Source of the DNA: an uncultured Pseudomonadales bacterium
Lineage (GTDB): Bacteria > Patescibacteriota > Microgenomatia > UBA1400 > PJMF01
Length of the DNA: 64,000 bases
Assembly: GCA_964625685.1 (NCBI GenBank)
Contig: CAZVBO010000002.1
Coordinates: 55,440-119,439 of the forward strand
Direction: 5' to 3'
Shown in pieces: positions 10,372 to 19,538 of the stretch (positions within the stretch are counted from its first letter, which is position 1; each line of letters begins with the position of its first letter). Both the position numbers and the translations under genes were made by a program. The notes below the pieces were generated by a model. It was not told where the DNA came from. It was given only the letters and a program-made list of their open reading frames with translations, and did no database searches.

Positions 10372-10944
10372 ATGAACAGCATGAAAAGAAACGGTCATAA
10401 AATAATTTTTCACTCTCAAGATATTCCCGATCTTTTAGCGAAGATTGGTCGAGACAATAAAAAAATTGTTTTGACTCAAGGTTCTTTTGACATGATTCAT
10501 ATTGGACATGCTCGCTATCTGGCCGAAGCCAAAAAATATGGTGACATTTTGATTGTAGGTACCGACAGTGACAGTAAAATTCGTAAGCGAAAAGGTTTGG
10601 GTAGACCAATTGTGCCTCAAGAAGAACGATTAGAGATGCTGACCTACTTAAAAAGTGTAGATTATGTAGTTTTAAAACACATTGAAGATCCCAAATGGGG
10701 ATTAATTAAAACTGTTAAACCAGATATTCTGATTATTATTCAAGAAAACTATACCGGTGAGCAAATTCAAGAGTTAGAAAAATATTGTGGTGAAGTCATT
10801 ATTTTACCCAGAATGGCGACCACTTCCACCAGTGCTAAATTGAGAGCAGTTCAGATTGATGCTACCAATAAAATTCAAAAAACTCTTTCCGAGAAATTAC
10901 TCCATGCTTTGGAAGAGACTATTAAAGAAATAAATGGAGAGTAA
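10372..10944 (+). CDS. Cytidylyltransferase-like nucleotidyltransferase (RfaE domain II / TagD / archaeal-NMNAT-like fold)
   Basis: VLTQGSFDMIHIGHARYLAEAKKYGDILIVGTDSD...RPIVPQEERLEMLTYLKSVDYVV matches the G-x-FD-x-x-H-x-GH cytidylyltransferase signature. The track ORF starts at 10285, but that upstream part overlaps a possible 56-aa ORF and lacks homology, so I place the start at 10372 or 10381. Confidence 0.65.
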   Translation: MNSMKRNGHKIIFHSQDIPDLLAKIGRDNKKIVLTQGSFDMIHIGHARYLAEAKKYGDILIVGTDSDSKIRKRKGLGRPIVPQEERLEMLTYLKSVDYVVLKHIEDPKWGLIKTVKPDILIIIQENYTGEQIQELEKYCGEVIILPRMATTSTSAKLRAVQIDATNKIQKTLSEKLLHALEETIKEINGE

Positions 10945-10952
10945 CTCAAGAT

Positions 10953-11774
10953 ATGAAAGTCATTGTTGCCTATATTCCAGTTTTACATCAAGGGTATATT
11001 GAGTTTTTAGAAAAATATAAAGCCGATCGAGTATACGTATTAGGGAAAAGTATTACTCACCAATTTCGACCACTCCAAAAGGATATTAGGGCACTGTCAC
11101 CGGAAATGATTGTTACTTCTTTGAGAGCCTTAAAGTTAGCCAAGGAAGTTCAAGTTATAGAAGAGGAGGGATTACAGTCTCTAACCGCTAATGAAATCAT
11201 TATGCCTGATGAGGAAATTTGCCGACATTTGGCTGAAAAATATTTGGCGGATAAAAAAATAGTCTTTGATTCTATTTTTCTTCGCTGGGATTCCCAAAAG
11301 TCGCTCAGCCCACAGGAGGTGATGGCTGATAGTAAAGTGACTACTGATGATCTGACTGATAGATTTTTAATAGCAGCCACAGCTGAGGCTCAAAAAAGTG
11401 CAGATTGGTGGAGGCAAATAGGGGCAGTCATTGTCAAAGATGGTCAGATTCTTTTTTCTGGTCATAATCGTCACTTGCCCAGTGAGCAACAACCGTATAT
11501 TGATGGAGATCCTCGAGCTGATTTCCATAAAGGAGAGCATATTGATAAATCAACCGCTCTCCATGCTGAAGCAGGACTAATTGTAGAAGCTGCCAAACAA
11601 GGAGTTTCGCTTACTGGCGCTAGTTTATATGTGACTACCTTTCCTTGTCCTAATTGTGCCAAATTAGTGGCTCATAGTGGTATTAAAGAAGTCTACTTTA
11701 GAGAGGGTTATGCCATGGTTGACGGGGAACGAGTCATGCGGGATCAAGGTGTGAAGATTATTAAGGTAGAATAA
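10953..11774 (+). CDS. dCMP deaminase (CMP/dCMP deaminase zinc-binding domain) with an N-terminal extension of about 130 aa
   Basis: C-terminal HAEAGLIVEAAKQG...LYVTTFPCPNCAKLV is the H-x-E ... P-C-x-x-C deoxycytidylate deaminase zinc motif. The N-terminal 130 aa are extra relative to the roughly 150-190 aa ComEB/T4 cd enzymes. Confidence 0.75.
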   Translation: MKVIVAYIPVLHQGYIEFLEKYKADRVYVLGKSITHQFRPLQKDIRALSPEMIVTSLRALKLAKEVQVIEEEGLQSLTANEIIMPDEEICRHLAEKYLADKKIVFDSIFLRWDSQKSLSPQEVMADSKVTTDDLTDRFLIAATAEAQKSADWWRQIGAVIVKDGQILFSGHNRHLPSEQQPYIDGDPRADFHKGEHIDKSTALHAEAGLIVEAAKQGVSLTGASLYVTTFPCPNCAKLVAHSGIKEVYFREGYAMVDGERVMRDQGVKIIKVE

Positions 11775-11775
11775 C

Positions 11776-12261
11776 TTACTTTTTATTCTTCCCAATTTTA
11801 ACGCGAGTGGGTTCAAAATCAGGGGCATCAATATCAGGCACGATAAACTGAGCGTGGAGATGGGCCACCGTCCCTGCAGAATAGTCAGTATCACCAAACC
11901 GCATTGCAAATCCACCACCGGGTACATGAAAATGTTTTTCCGCCCAAGCCAAAAATTCGATTAGTTCTTTTCCTGCTTCAGGATTCAGCTCTGTCAGTTT
12001 AGTGGCGTGTTCTTTGTAAATAGCTAATAAATGAAGTTTAGTATGATCATACGGCCACTGATTGTAAGTTAGAATCCAATACTGGCCATCTTTGAGAATC
12101 TCTTGCTTATGATATTTCCAGAGATTCTCTAGACAAAAAGGACAGTGTTCTGCCTGAGCAATATTTTTCATGACCTGTTTTTGATCACCTTTACGGGAAT
12201 TATCAACATCGATAAATTGATTTTTATTCATAGGGTTTAGACTGCGACCGGAATATCCCAC
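11776..12261 (-). CDS. HIT-superfamily protein of the HxHxQ (GalT / Ap4A-phosphorylase-like) branch
   Basis: C-terminal AGTVAHLHAQFIVPD (H-phi-H-phi-Q triad variant); N-terminal HCPFCLE possible zinc ligands; overlaps thyA by 25 nt. Confidence 0.55.
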   Translation of the reverse strand: MGYSGRSLNPMNKNQFIDVDNSRKGDQKQVMKNIAQAEHCPFCLENLWKYHKQEILKDGQYWILTYNQWPYDHTKLHLLAIYKEHATKLTELNPEAGKELIEFLAWAEKHFHVPGGGFAMRFGDTDYSAGTVAHLHAQFIVPDIDAPDFEPTRVKIGKNKK

Positions 12262-13109
12262 ATACCAGGGTGAGGATTGTAGTCATAGACCTCAAAATCA
12301 TCTGGTCGGTAAGAGAATAGATCTTTCTTCTTATTAACAATTTTCATTTTTGGCAGTGGCCGAGTTTCCCGACTCAGTAATTCTTTGACTTTATCCAACT
12401 GATCCACATAAATATGAGCATCAGAAAAGCTGTGGATATATTCACCGACTTCATAACCCGTAACTTCTGCTAATGCCAAAGTTAGAGCGGAGTATTGAGC
12501 CAAGTTGGCCGGCAATCCGATAGGAATATCACAGGATCGCTGAAACATGTGTAAATAGAGTTTATTATTCAAAATTCGGATATTAATCCAACCATGACAA
12601 GGACAAACCACTACTTTTTGGGTTCTCCCTTTAATTCTCACATTATATTGAGGGATCCATGGTGAAATAAAGTGAGTTTTCAAAAAAGGGCGCTCTTTAA
12701 TTTGTTGCACAATAGCCTCAAATTGGTTAAAAGTTTCACCTTCGGCGGTAGGAAAGTCGTGGAAGGCTGCTCCATAAGAACCAGGTCCTAAATCTCCTGT
12801 CTCCAAGCCACGTTTTTTACATTTTTTTTCAGTAACCCATGATTTCCACCAAGTGCAGCCAAAAGTTTCGAGTTCAGCTTGAGTTCGAGCTCCATTGATA
12901 AAGCCAAACAGTTCTCCGATGGCTCCTTTCCACATTTTTTCACTAATTTTTCGCTCAGTAATCACTGGGACTTCTTTTGACAGATCAAAACGTAAAGTCA
13001 TGGGGGAGAGTAAAGTGATGGTATCTACTTCCATTTGAGATTCACTGCGGATGCCTTGTTCCATGACTAATTTGAGAAGTTGTTGGTATTGGGAGAGTGG
13101 TTGTGACAT
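12237..13109 (-). CDS. thyA: Thymidylate synthase (ThyA type)
   Basis: Catalytic-cysteine region VVCPCHGWINI (compare LPPCH) and DIPIGLPANLAQYSALTLALAEVTGYEVGEYIHSFSDAHIY; 290 aa. Confidence 0.88.
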   Translation of the reverse strand: MSQPLSQYQQLLKLVMEQGIRSESQMEVDTITLLSPMTLRFDLSKEVPVITERKISEKMWKGAIGELFGFINGARTQAELETFGCTWWKSWVTEKKCKKRGLETGDLGPGSYGAAFHDFPTAEGETFNQFEAIVQQIKERPFLKTHFISPWIPQYNVRIKGRTQKVVVCPCHGWINIRILNNKLYLHMFQRSCDIPIGLPANLAQYSALTLALAEVTGYEVGEYIHSFSDAHIYVDQLDKVKELLSRETRPLPKMKIVNKKKDLFSYRPDDFEVYDYNPHPGMWDIPVAV

Positions 13110-13142
13110 ACAGTTTCCACTATAGAGGATTTTATTTTTTTA

Positions 13143-15179
13143 TCAATTATTGGCTGCCTTCCATGCCCGCCATTTATTGCCGATAAGCGCTCTTAGATAC
13201 CACCAACCTTGACGAGGATGTTCCAGACAATAGGTGACTTGATCTTTACAGTTGGGTGCAAAATAAATTTTCAATTCTTGGTGAAAGGCATCTTGAGTTA
13301 CTTTCGCTGTCGTAGCCAGTGGTTCCTGATTGTAGAAATCTAAGAAGACCATCCCATTTCGACCGTGTTGTTTTTGACTCGACATACTCTCGACTTCGGG
13401 ATTGGTTTCCAGTTGGGGATAACTAGAAATTTGAACCGGGTATTGATATTTATCTCGAGGGTAGTAAACGAGCCGAACTGGATTTTGCCCCGCAATGGCA
13501 TATCGATTATTAATATAGATGGAACTCTGATCAGCATCGACTGGAGTGTTTTTCAATTCAGGGAAAAGGAGTGGGTACTTTTGAGTACGTTCAGTTGCAA
13601 GATCAATCTGGTCATGAATTTTGAGCTGATAGCCAGTCAATGATTCTTTTTTATCAGTTTCTACCAGTTCCCAAGCAGTTTGACCGTCTGCTGATTTCCA
13701 AGAAAATTGTTGAATAGTAGATGCTAAAATGGAATTGGTGAGTTCTGGCTTTTCTACATCCATAAAAATTTGATTTGGTTGAAAAATAATGACTGGTTGG
13801 TTATCTGAGGTTAGCCAGACTTCTGATCCATGTTGACTCATTTCCATGTTGCCCGTTTGATGTGAGTTGAGTAACCACCGGGTGGGGGAGAGATCATCAG
13901 GTTTACGATCCAACAGTGTATCGTTAGCCAAGGTATCAAAATTGAAAGAATCATCGTGATAAAAATAGCGAGAGCCGTCAACTAAAAAAGGAGCGACCCA
14001 CCAACCAAAAGAAGTAGCTTTGGTATCTTGGTATGGGTCGCTAAAGGTTGCGTCATACAAGCGAAAGTCAGAAATATACAACTGATCTTTACTGAGTCTG
14101 ACTCTGGCTCGATACTTAGGAGTAGTAATCCACCACGCTTTTTCAATACCTTCTTCGCCAAATTGACCCGCATAAACTTGAATAGGAGGCTGAGTTTGTT
14201 GGGTCAACCACTGATGGAACTGGTTTGCAGTGATTACTTGGTTTTGAAAGGAATCTTTGGTCCAGTCTTTAACAATATCCAACTGGTTAAAAAATTCAGT
14301 TTGGACTTCAGCTGGCATAGAATTTTCCAAACCAATTAAAGCAAAAGTATAATTGTTAGTGGGTTGATTGTGGGCTTGTTTGAGGAGTTTGGTAAAGTAA
14401 TCGATGGTCACTTTTCGTTGACCATAATCATTGGGTTGAGAAGTATAGGAATTAGTCGGATCACCATAATTCATCACTGGATCAGTAATGGTCTGTCTAA
14501 TAATAAGAGGTAGATTATTTTTTTCAGCACTAGGAATGAGTGGCCAGTTGGGGCTTGGCCAATAAGGATAATGGGGTGGTCCGCCATACAGAGAATAGGA
14601 ATCTGTACCCATTTGTTCGCGGGTAAGCTGATGAACTTTTACTCCATATTTTTCGGCGAGATATTGTAAAGACCAACTATCAATCATCCAAGCAGTAGTA
14701 GTGGTTGGGTATTGACCAAAATCACTCTTGAATTGAGCCATATAGGTGTCCAGCAGTTTTTGTCGATCAGTTTGATCATAGCCTATCAAGAATGCATGTT
14801 GAGCTTCGTACCAATTAGTTTCATTCCCATCATAAGCAACTTGACTTTCTTGGGCTAAAGAGGGCGTAATTTCCAAAAATCCACCCACTTCAAATTGGAT
14901 AGAATCTAGTTCTTTTAATTGATTTACAAAGTCTGGATTTTTGAGGGCGTCGTACCGAATGGTAAAGGTTGCTGCAAATTCAAGGGCTTTGAGTTTTTCA
15001 ATTTGCTGGTACAGTGATTCAGCGCTGCCCACATCACAGCACTCGGTACCGCGAACTTGGTTAACGATAAGGGTATAGTGAGGGGGCTCTGTTTGAGCAT
15101 CAGCACGGATAGAGCTATTAGAAAATAAACTTCCTATAAAGATAATGAAAGCTAGAAAAACAATAAATTTTTTTAACAT
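13143..15179 (-). CDS. Large secreted hypothetical protein (678 aa) with cleavable signal peptide; possibly glycan-active
   Basis: N-terminus MLKKFIVFLAFIIFIGSLFSNSSIRA is a Sec signal; rich in Trp/Tyr/Asn/Gln, typical of carbohydrate-binding or hydrolase folds; no motif I can name with confidence. Confidence 0.5.
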   Translation of the reverse strand: MLKKFIVFLAFIIFIGSLFSNSSIRADAQTEPPHYTLIVNQVRGTECCDVGSAESLYQQIEKLKALEFAATFTIRYDALKNPDFVNQLKELDSIQFEVGGFLEITPSLAQESQVAYDGNETNWYEAQHAFLIGYDQTDRQKLLDTYMAQFKSDFGQYPTTTTAWMIDSWSLQYLAEKYGVKVHQLTREQMGTDSYSLYGGPPHYPYWPSPNWPLIPSAEKNNLPLIIRQTITDPVMNYGDPTNSYTSQPNDYGQRKVTIDYFTKLLKQAHNQPTNNYTFALIGLENSMPAEVQTEFFNQLDIVKDWTKDSFQNQVITANQFHQWLTQQTQPPIQVYAGQFGEEGIEKAWWITTPKYRARVRLSKDQLYISDFRLYDATFSDPYQDTKATSFGWWVAPFLVDGSRYFYHDDSFNFDTLANDTLLDRKPDDLSPTRWLLNSHQTGNMEMSQHGSEVWLTSDNQPVIIFQPNQIFMDVEKPELTNSILASTIQQFSWKSADGQTAWELVETDKKESLTGYQLKIHDQIDLATERTQKYPLLFPELKNTPVDADQSSIYINNRYAIAGQNPVRLVYYPRDKYQYPVQISSYPQLETNPEVESMSSQKQHGRNGMVFLDFYNQEPLATTAKVTQDAFHQELKIYFAPNCKDQVTYCLEHPRQGWWYLRALIGNKWRAWKAANN

Positions 15180-15260
15180 GAACTTGATCAGCAGAATAAC
15201 AAATCAGAAGAGATTTGGCTAGCTTGGAATAAGAGCATATATGCTACACTAGCCAGAGTT

Positions 15261-15695
15261 ATGAAAGTTCTGATTAAGCGTTTTGACAAATCATTACCAT
15301 TGCCTGAATACAAATCTGCTGGTGCCGCTGCTATCGATCTATATGCTCGGGAAAATACGGTCATTAAACCCGGTTTGGTGGGGTATGTGCCGTTGAATAT
15401 CGCCCTACAAATTCCGGAAGGGCACTGGGTATTATTATCAGCTCGGAGCTCATTACATAAACGTGGGGTAATTCCCGCCAATGGCATTGGCGTAGGTGAT
15501 TATGATTACCGAGGTAATAATGATGAATATAAAGCAGCTTTGCTTAATTTTAGTCAAGAGAATGTTACAATTGAACGTGGCGAGAGAATTGTGCAGATGA
15601 TGGTTCTACCTCGAGAAAAAGTTGAATTTACGGAAGCTGTTCAATTTGAAGAAGCAGATCGAGGTGGGTTTGGTAGTACGGGGAGAAAAATATGA
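15261..15695 (+). CDS. dut: dUTP diphosphatase (trimeric dUTPase)
   Basis: AGAAAIDLYA, GLVGYVPLNI, SRSSL, GVIPANGIGVGDYDYRG and C-terminal RGGFGSTG map onto dUTPase motifs 1-5. Confidence 0.88.
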   Translation: MKVLIKRFDKSLPLPEYKSAGAAAIDLYARENTVIKPGLVGYVPLNIALQIPEGHWVLLSARSSLHKRGVIPANGIGVGDYDYRGNNDEYKAALLNFSQENVTIERGERIVQMMVLPREKVEFTEAVQFEEADRGGFGSTGRKI

Positions 15696-16303
15696 AAGTT
15701 TTACTTATTGCAGTTACTTCGATTGATGGCTTCATTGCTCAAGATCCTAACGTGGCTTCTACCAGTTGGACGAGCCCTGAAGATACTCAATGGTTTAATG
15801 AGCGAACTAAGCAAGCCCGTTTAGTAGTGATGGGTCGAAAGAGTTTCGCTACCGTACCAGAAAAATATCGACCTTTGTCTCATCGGGTAAATATTATTTA
15901 TTCTTCCAATAAAACAGAGGTAGAGCAGATGGTGAGAGAACCAGTACTTGAACTGACTGAAGATATGGCTCCTCAGCAATTTAAACAACTAATTGACCAA
16001 AGTGAAAATAATAAACCAGTCTTTGTAACCAGTTTAGAACCCCAACAACTGGTAAAGTTAGCAGCCGCTGCCGGCTTCGCTGAATTAGCACTGTGTGGGG
16101 GATCAAGTCTTTATAGTTTATTTATGAATGCGGGAGTAGTAGATACCCTCTTGGTGACGATTGAACCACACGTTTTTGGCAACGGAGTCAAATTATTTAG
16201 TGAAATGATTCAGCCCCTCAATGACAACTGGCAGCTCAAAAAAGTTCATCATTTGTCTGATCAGACAATTTTGTTGGAGTACACGAGAATGATTAATGAT
16301 TAA
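15692..16303 (+). CDS. Dihydrofolate reductase family protein (DHFR / RibD-C-like reductase)
   Basis: MKVLLIAVTSIDGFIA...SWTSPEDTQWFNERTKQARLVVMGRKSF matches the DHFR/RibD_C N-terminal pattern; ATGA overlap with dut; lies in the thyA neighbourhood. Confidence 0.65.
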   Translation: MKVLLIAVTSIDGFIAQDPNVASTSWTSPEDTQWFNERTKQARLVVMGRKSFATVPEKYRPLSHRVNIIYSSNKTEVEQMVREPVLELTEDMAPQQFKQLIDQSENNKPVFVTSLEPQQLVKLAAAAGFAELALCGGSSLYSLFMNAGVVDTLLVTIEPHVFGNGVKLFSEMIQPLNDNWQLKKVHHLSDQTILLEYTRMIND

Positions 16304-16346
16304 TGTCTACTGTTTAGGAAAAAAATTCAGGTCTCAAATTTCACCT

Positions 16347-16428
16347 GCCCGCAATGCTTTCAGCACCTGCCAGCAAATGCTGAGCATTAGACTCTGCAGG
16401 CTGGTAGCTGAAGCAGGCGGGAATTACA
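16347..16428 (+). other. GC-rich, multi-hairpin structured element in the convergent folA/purA intergenic region (candidate small RNA or complex terminator)
   Basis: Outer stem CCUGCCCGC / GCAGGCGGG (8/9 pairs including one G-U) encloses inner hairpins (UGCU-UUC-AGCA; CCAGC ... GCUGG). GC content is much higher than the surrounding AT-rich spacer. Confidence 0.35.
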
Positions 16429-16533
16429 AATAAATTCCAAGTTCCAAAATCCAGCCACTTGTAACTAGTCACGAGTAACTTTTTTCTTTACTTTCTGGTC
16501 TTTCAACTTTACTTTTATCTTTCCTCACCCTGG

Positions 16534-16554
16534 ATCCTGAGTCTAACTCAGGAT
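16534..16554. other. Perfect 9-bp stem / 3-nt loop hairpin (ATCCTGAGT-CTA-ACTCAGGAT) just downstream of purA
   Basis: Inverted repeat read directly. There is no adjacent U-run on either strand, so it is not a canonical intrinsic terminator; it may be an RNase or processing hairpin. Confidence 0.4.
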
Positions 16555-16601
16555 GACAATAAAGAAGTTTTTGGCTTCAAGCTTTTGGCTTTTCACTTCT
16601 C

Positions 16602-18056
16602 TTAAAACCACATCACGCTTTGATCCCGTTTCGGGCCCGTAGTCGCCATTAAAATTTTGACATTCAAACATTGTTGTAAGAATGCCAGATATTGTTGGGC
16701 TTCTTTTGGTAAATCTTTGGGTTTTGTAATGCCGGTAAGACTGGCACCATCCCAACTTGGTAATTCTAACCAAATGGGTTTCACATTATTTAAGAAGAGT
16801 TGATCAGGTTGATAACCCACTTCTTTACCATTTTTTTGATACCCAATACAGATTTTAATCGGTACATCAGGATAACTAATATCAAGATGGGTGACAACTA
16901 AATACTCAATTCGACCAATTTTCATTAAATATGACAACATGGGGATATCGACATGAATGATATCGCGAGGTCGCCCGGTGGTGGTGCCGTATTCATGAGC
17001 ATCATCTCGAATACGTTGTGCTAATTTACCCTTCATCTCACTGGGCAGCTTACGTGCTCCCACACTAGAATTATAAGTAGCTTTAGTGACAGCAGCTTTG
17101 AGGGAAATTAACTCAGGATCAATTATTCCTTGTGTTGAGGAAAAAATACCAGCCAACGTACAGTCGGAAGCAGTCACATCAGGATAGACCCCCCAGCGAA
17201 TATCCAATCCCATCGCTTGAGCCTTTTCAAACACAATCGGTGTATCTTTTTCCCAAGTTTTGTGAAGAAGTTCAGAGACAGGCTGAATAAATGGTTTCAA
17301 AACTTGACGAGCTTTTTCTAAACGATTAAGAAAGGTTTGTGGGGTGCCTACTTTGACCACACTGCCATCAATCCGAGCCACTTCAATTGTTTTGAGGTCT
17401 CCGCCCAAACCCTTAATCAAATCTCGATAGAGCAGATAGTGTTGGGTAAAAACTTCTTTCCAATTTGATTTTACAAAATCTCTCATTCGGAGAGGATGAC
17501 GGTAGGTAACATCGGCATAGGCCGGAGCGATCCCGCGTCCGGTGGAACCTTTAGAACCACTGGCCCGGGTTTTGAGGGCATTTTCATATGCTCGGTGAGT
17601 ATCTAGTGATAGTACCGCTAGTTCATCAATGATCAATTCAGCCGGAATTTTACCTTGGCAAGCTTGCTTGACGGACTCTAATTCGGTTACAAAATCTTCC
17701 GGATGTAGCACCATTTCTTTTCCAGAAATAACGGTACAACCCTTTTGAAGAATGCCAGCCCCAATTTGGTGAAGAGCGATTTTGGTGTCACCGACGGCTA
17801 CAGTGTGTCCTGCATTCGCTCCACCATTATCCCGATAATGAATCACTTTTTTTGATTTTGCTAAAAAAAGTGAAGTCAGTTCATCGGTAATACGGCCTTT
17901 GCCTTCATCTCCCAAAAATCCACCGACGACCGCAGCCGAATTCGGTCTCATTCCGGGTACTCGTAGGGGATTGGGTTTCAATTTTTGGGTAATGTTATCC
18001 AGCTCGCCTTTTTTATAGACTTGCTGGTAAATTTTTTTGACTTGGCTACTGGTCAT
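16602..18056 (-). CDS. purA: Adenylosuccinate synthetase
   Basis: GDEGKGRITD (P-loop-like GDEGKGK motif), GSTGRGIAPAY (GTTxRGIGPAY) and further GTP/IMP-site motifs; 484 aa, so somewhat longer than typical with insertions. Confidence 0.88.
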   Translation of the reverse strand: MTSSQVKKIYQQVYKKGELDNITQKLKPNPLRVPGMRPNSAAVVGGFLGDEGKGRITDELTSLFLAKSKKVIHYRDNGGANAGHTVAVGDTKIALHQIGAGILQKGCTVISGKEMVLHPEDFVTELESVKQACQGKIPAELIIDELAVLSLDTHRAYENALKTRASGSKGSTGRGIAPAYADVTYRHPLRMRDFVKSNWKEVFTQHYLLYRDLIKGLGGDLKTIEVARIDGSVVKVGTPQTFLNRLEKARQVLKPFIQPVSELLHKTWEKDTPIVFEKAQAMGLDIRWGVYPDVTASDCTLAGIFSSTQGIIDPELISLKAAVTKATYNSSVGARKLPSEMKGKLAQRIRDDAHEYGTTTGRPRDIIHVDIPMLSYLMKIGRIEYLVVTHLDISYPDVPIKICIGYQKNGKEVGYQPDQLFLNNVKPIWLELPSWDGASLTGITKPKDLPKEAQQYLAFLQQCLNVKILMATTGPKRDQSVMWF

Positions 18057-19468
18057 GATGCCTTTCGTTGAAGGTACTTGCTAAGTTGACGATGTGCTTT
18101 TTGGGCAATTTGGACACTCAGCCCAAGATATTTTTGAGGAGTAAGTTCACTTAGGTAAGTTCCCAGTTTTTGGGTGGTTTTTTGCCAATCAGCTTGACTA
18201 AATTCTTTACCCTTCAGCAGTGACATGGCGGTCTCATAGGCATGGGTATTTCCACTCGTTCGACCACTTACGTTTAACGCTTCAGCCAAAATATTCCAGT
18301 TAGCATTGAGATCAGCCGTCATTTGAGTGGTATTGACGGTAATCTGCTGAATACCACTGATGAGATTCTGATAGGCCAACAGAGAATGACCAAAAGCCAC
18401 ACCGATATTTCGGAGAACGGTACTATCAGATAAATCCCTTTGGAGTCGACTGATCGGAAGTTTCCGACTAAAACCTTCAAATAAGCTATTGGCTACTCCC
18501 AGGTTACCTTCACTATTTTCAAACTGAATGGGATTAATTTTTTGAGGCATAGTTGAAGAACCAACTTGACCCTTGGCATGATGTTGGACCAACCAGCCAT
18601 CACTAATATAACGCCACATATCCTGATTAAAATCAATCAAAATGGAGTTGAGTAAGTGATACTGTTGAAAGAGTTCGATCAAATCGTCAGCTGGATTAAT
18701 TTGAGTAGTAAAGTTGTTAGGAGTTAAACCCAGTGATTTGACAAATTTTCCTGAAAGAGTGAGCCAGTTAAGGTCAGGTTGAACAAAATAAAAAGAATTA
18801 AAACTCCCTATTGCACCACTCAGTTTTCCGGTTAGTTGGCAAGATTCCAGTTGTTGAATCTGATGTAAAAGACGCATCGCAAACACAGCCATTTCTTTGC
18901 CAAAAGTAGTGGGCACTGCACCCTGGCCGTGGGTTCGAGCCAGCATGGGTTGTTTTTGATATTTTTCAATCAAAGCAGCCAGCTCGATGAGTATTTTCTT
19001 GAGTTGGGGAAGTAATACTTGAGATTGGGAATCAATAATTTGTAATCTCCAGGCTAAATTGTTGATGTCTTCAGAAGTCAAACAATAGTGAAGATAAGGG
19101 ATCAGGTCTTTGAGTGAAGTTGTCTCAAATTGCTCTTTTAAAAAATATTCAATGGCCTTAATGTCATGATGAGTGGTTTGCTCGATGGTTTTAATGCGTT
19201 GAATTTGGTCCGGCTTAAGGGGAATGAGGTGGCGACATAATTTTTTTTCGGCAGGAGTGAGAGAACGGATAATTTTTTGTTCGCTTAGGAAAATAAAATA
19301 CCGGATTTCAATTTCACATCTTTTGTTAATGATGGCAGCTTCGCTAAAAAAAGAAGATAAACTTTGAGTTGCCGTATGATAACGACCATCAAGGGGAGAG
19401 AGTGCAGTTAGACTCATATCATCCATCAATCTATTTATAGCATAAAATAGAGGAACACAAGGAGCCAA
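18053..19468 (-). CDS. purB: Adenylosuccinate lyase
   Basis: Fumarate-lyase signature GSSTMPQKINPIQFENSEGN (compare SSAMPHKVNPIDFEN); 471 aa; 4-nt overlap with purA. Confidence 0.85.
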   Translation of the reverse strand: MAPCVPLFYAINRLMDDMSLTALSPLDGRYHTATQSLSSFFSEAAIINKRCEIEIRYFIFLSEQKIIRSLTPAEKKLCRHLIPLKPDQIQRIKTIEQTTHHDIKAIEYFLKEQFETTSLKDLIPYLHYCLTSEDINNLAWRLQIIDSQSQVLLPQLKKILIELAALIEKYQKQPMLARTHGQGAVPTTFGKEMAVFAMRLLHQIQQLESCQLTGKLSGAIGSFNSFYFVQPDLNWLTLSGKFVKSLGLTPNNFTTQINPADDLIELFQQYHLLNSILIDFNQDMWRYISDGWLVQHHAKGQVGSSTMPQKINPIQFENSEGNLGVANSLFEGFSRKLPISRLQRDLSDSTVLRNIGVAFGHSLLAYQNLISGIQQITVNTTQMTADLNANWNILAEALNVSGRTSGNTHAYETAMSLLKGKEFSQADWQKTTQKLGTYLSELTPQKYLGLSVQIAQKAHRQLSKYLQRKAS

Positions 19469-19538
19469 TTTGTTAGCTTCGTATTTTATTCGTATTGATT
19501 GTAAGAGTTTTCAGGCATAAAGTAATCAAGTTTTACTT

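Noticed and set aside
15188-15487. Reverse-strand 99-aa ORF overlapping dut
   Set aside because: It lies entirely within or antisense to the well-supported dUTPase gene, with no motif.
16347-16428. Possible SRP (4.5S) RNA
   Set aside because: The end sequences resemble E. coli 4.5S flanks, but the universally conserved domain-IV elements (GGAA tetraloop with flanking AGGxCAGG / AGCAGCC) are absent. I keep it only as an unclassified structured element.
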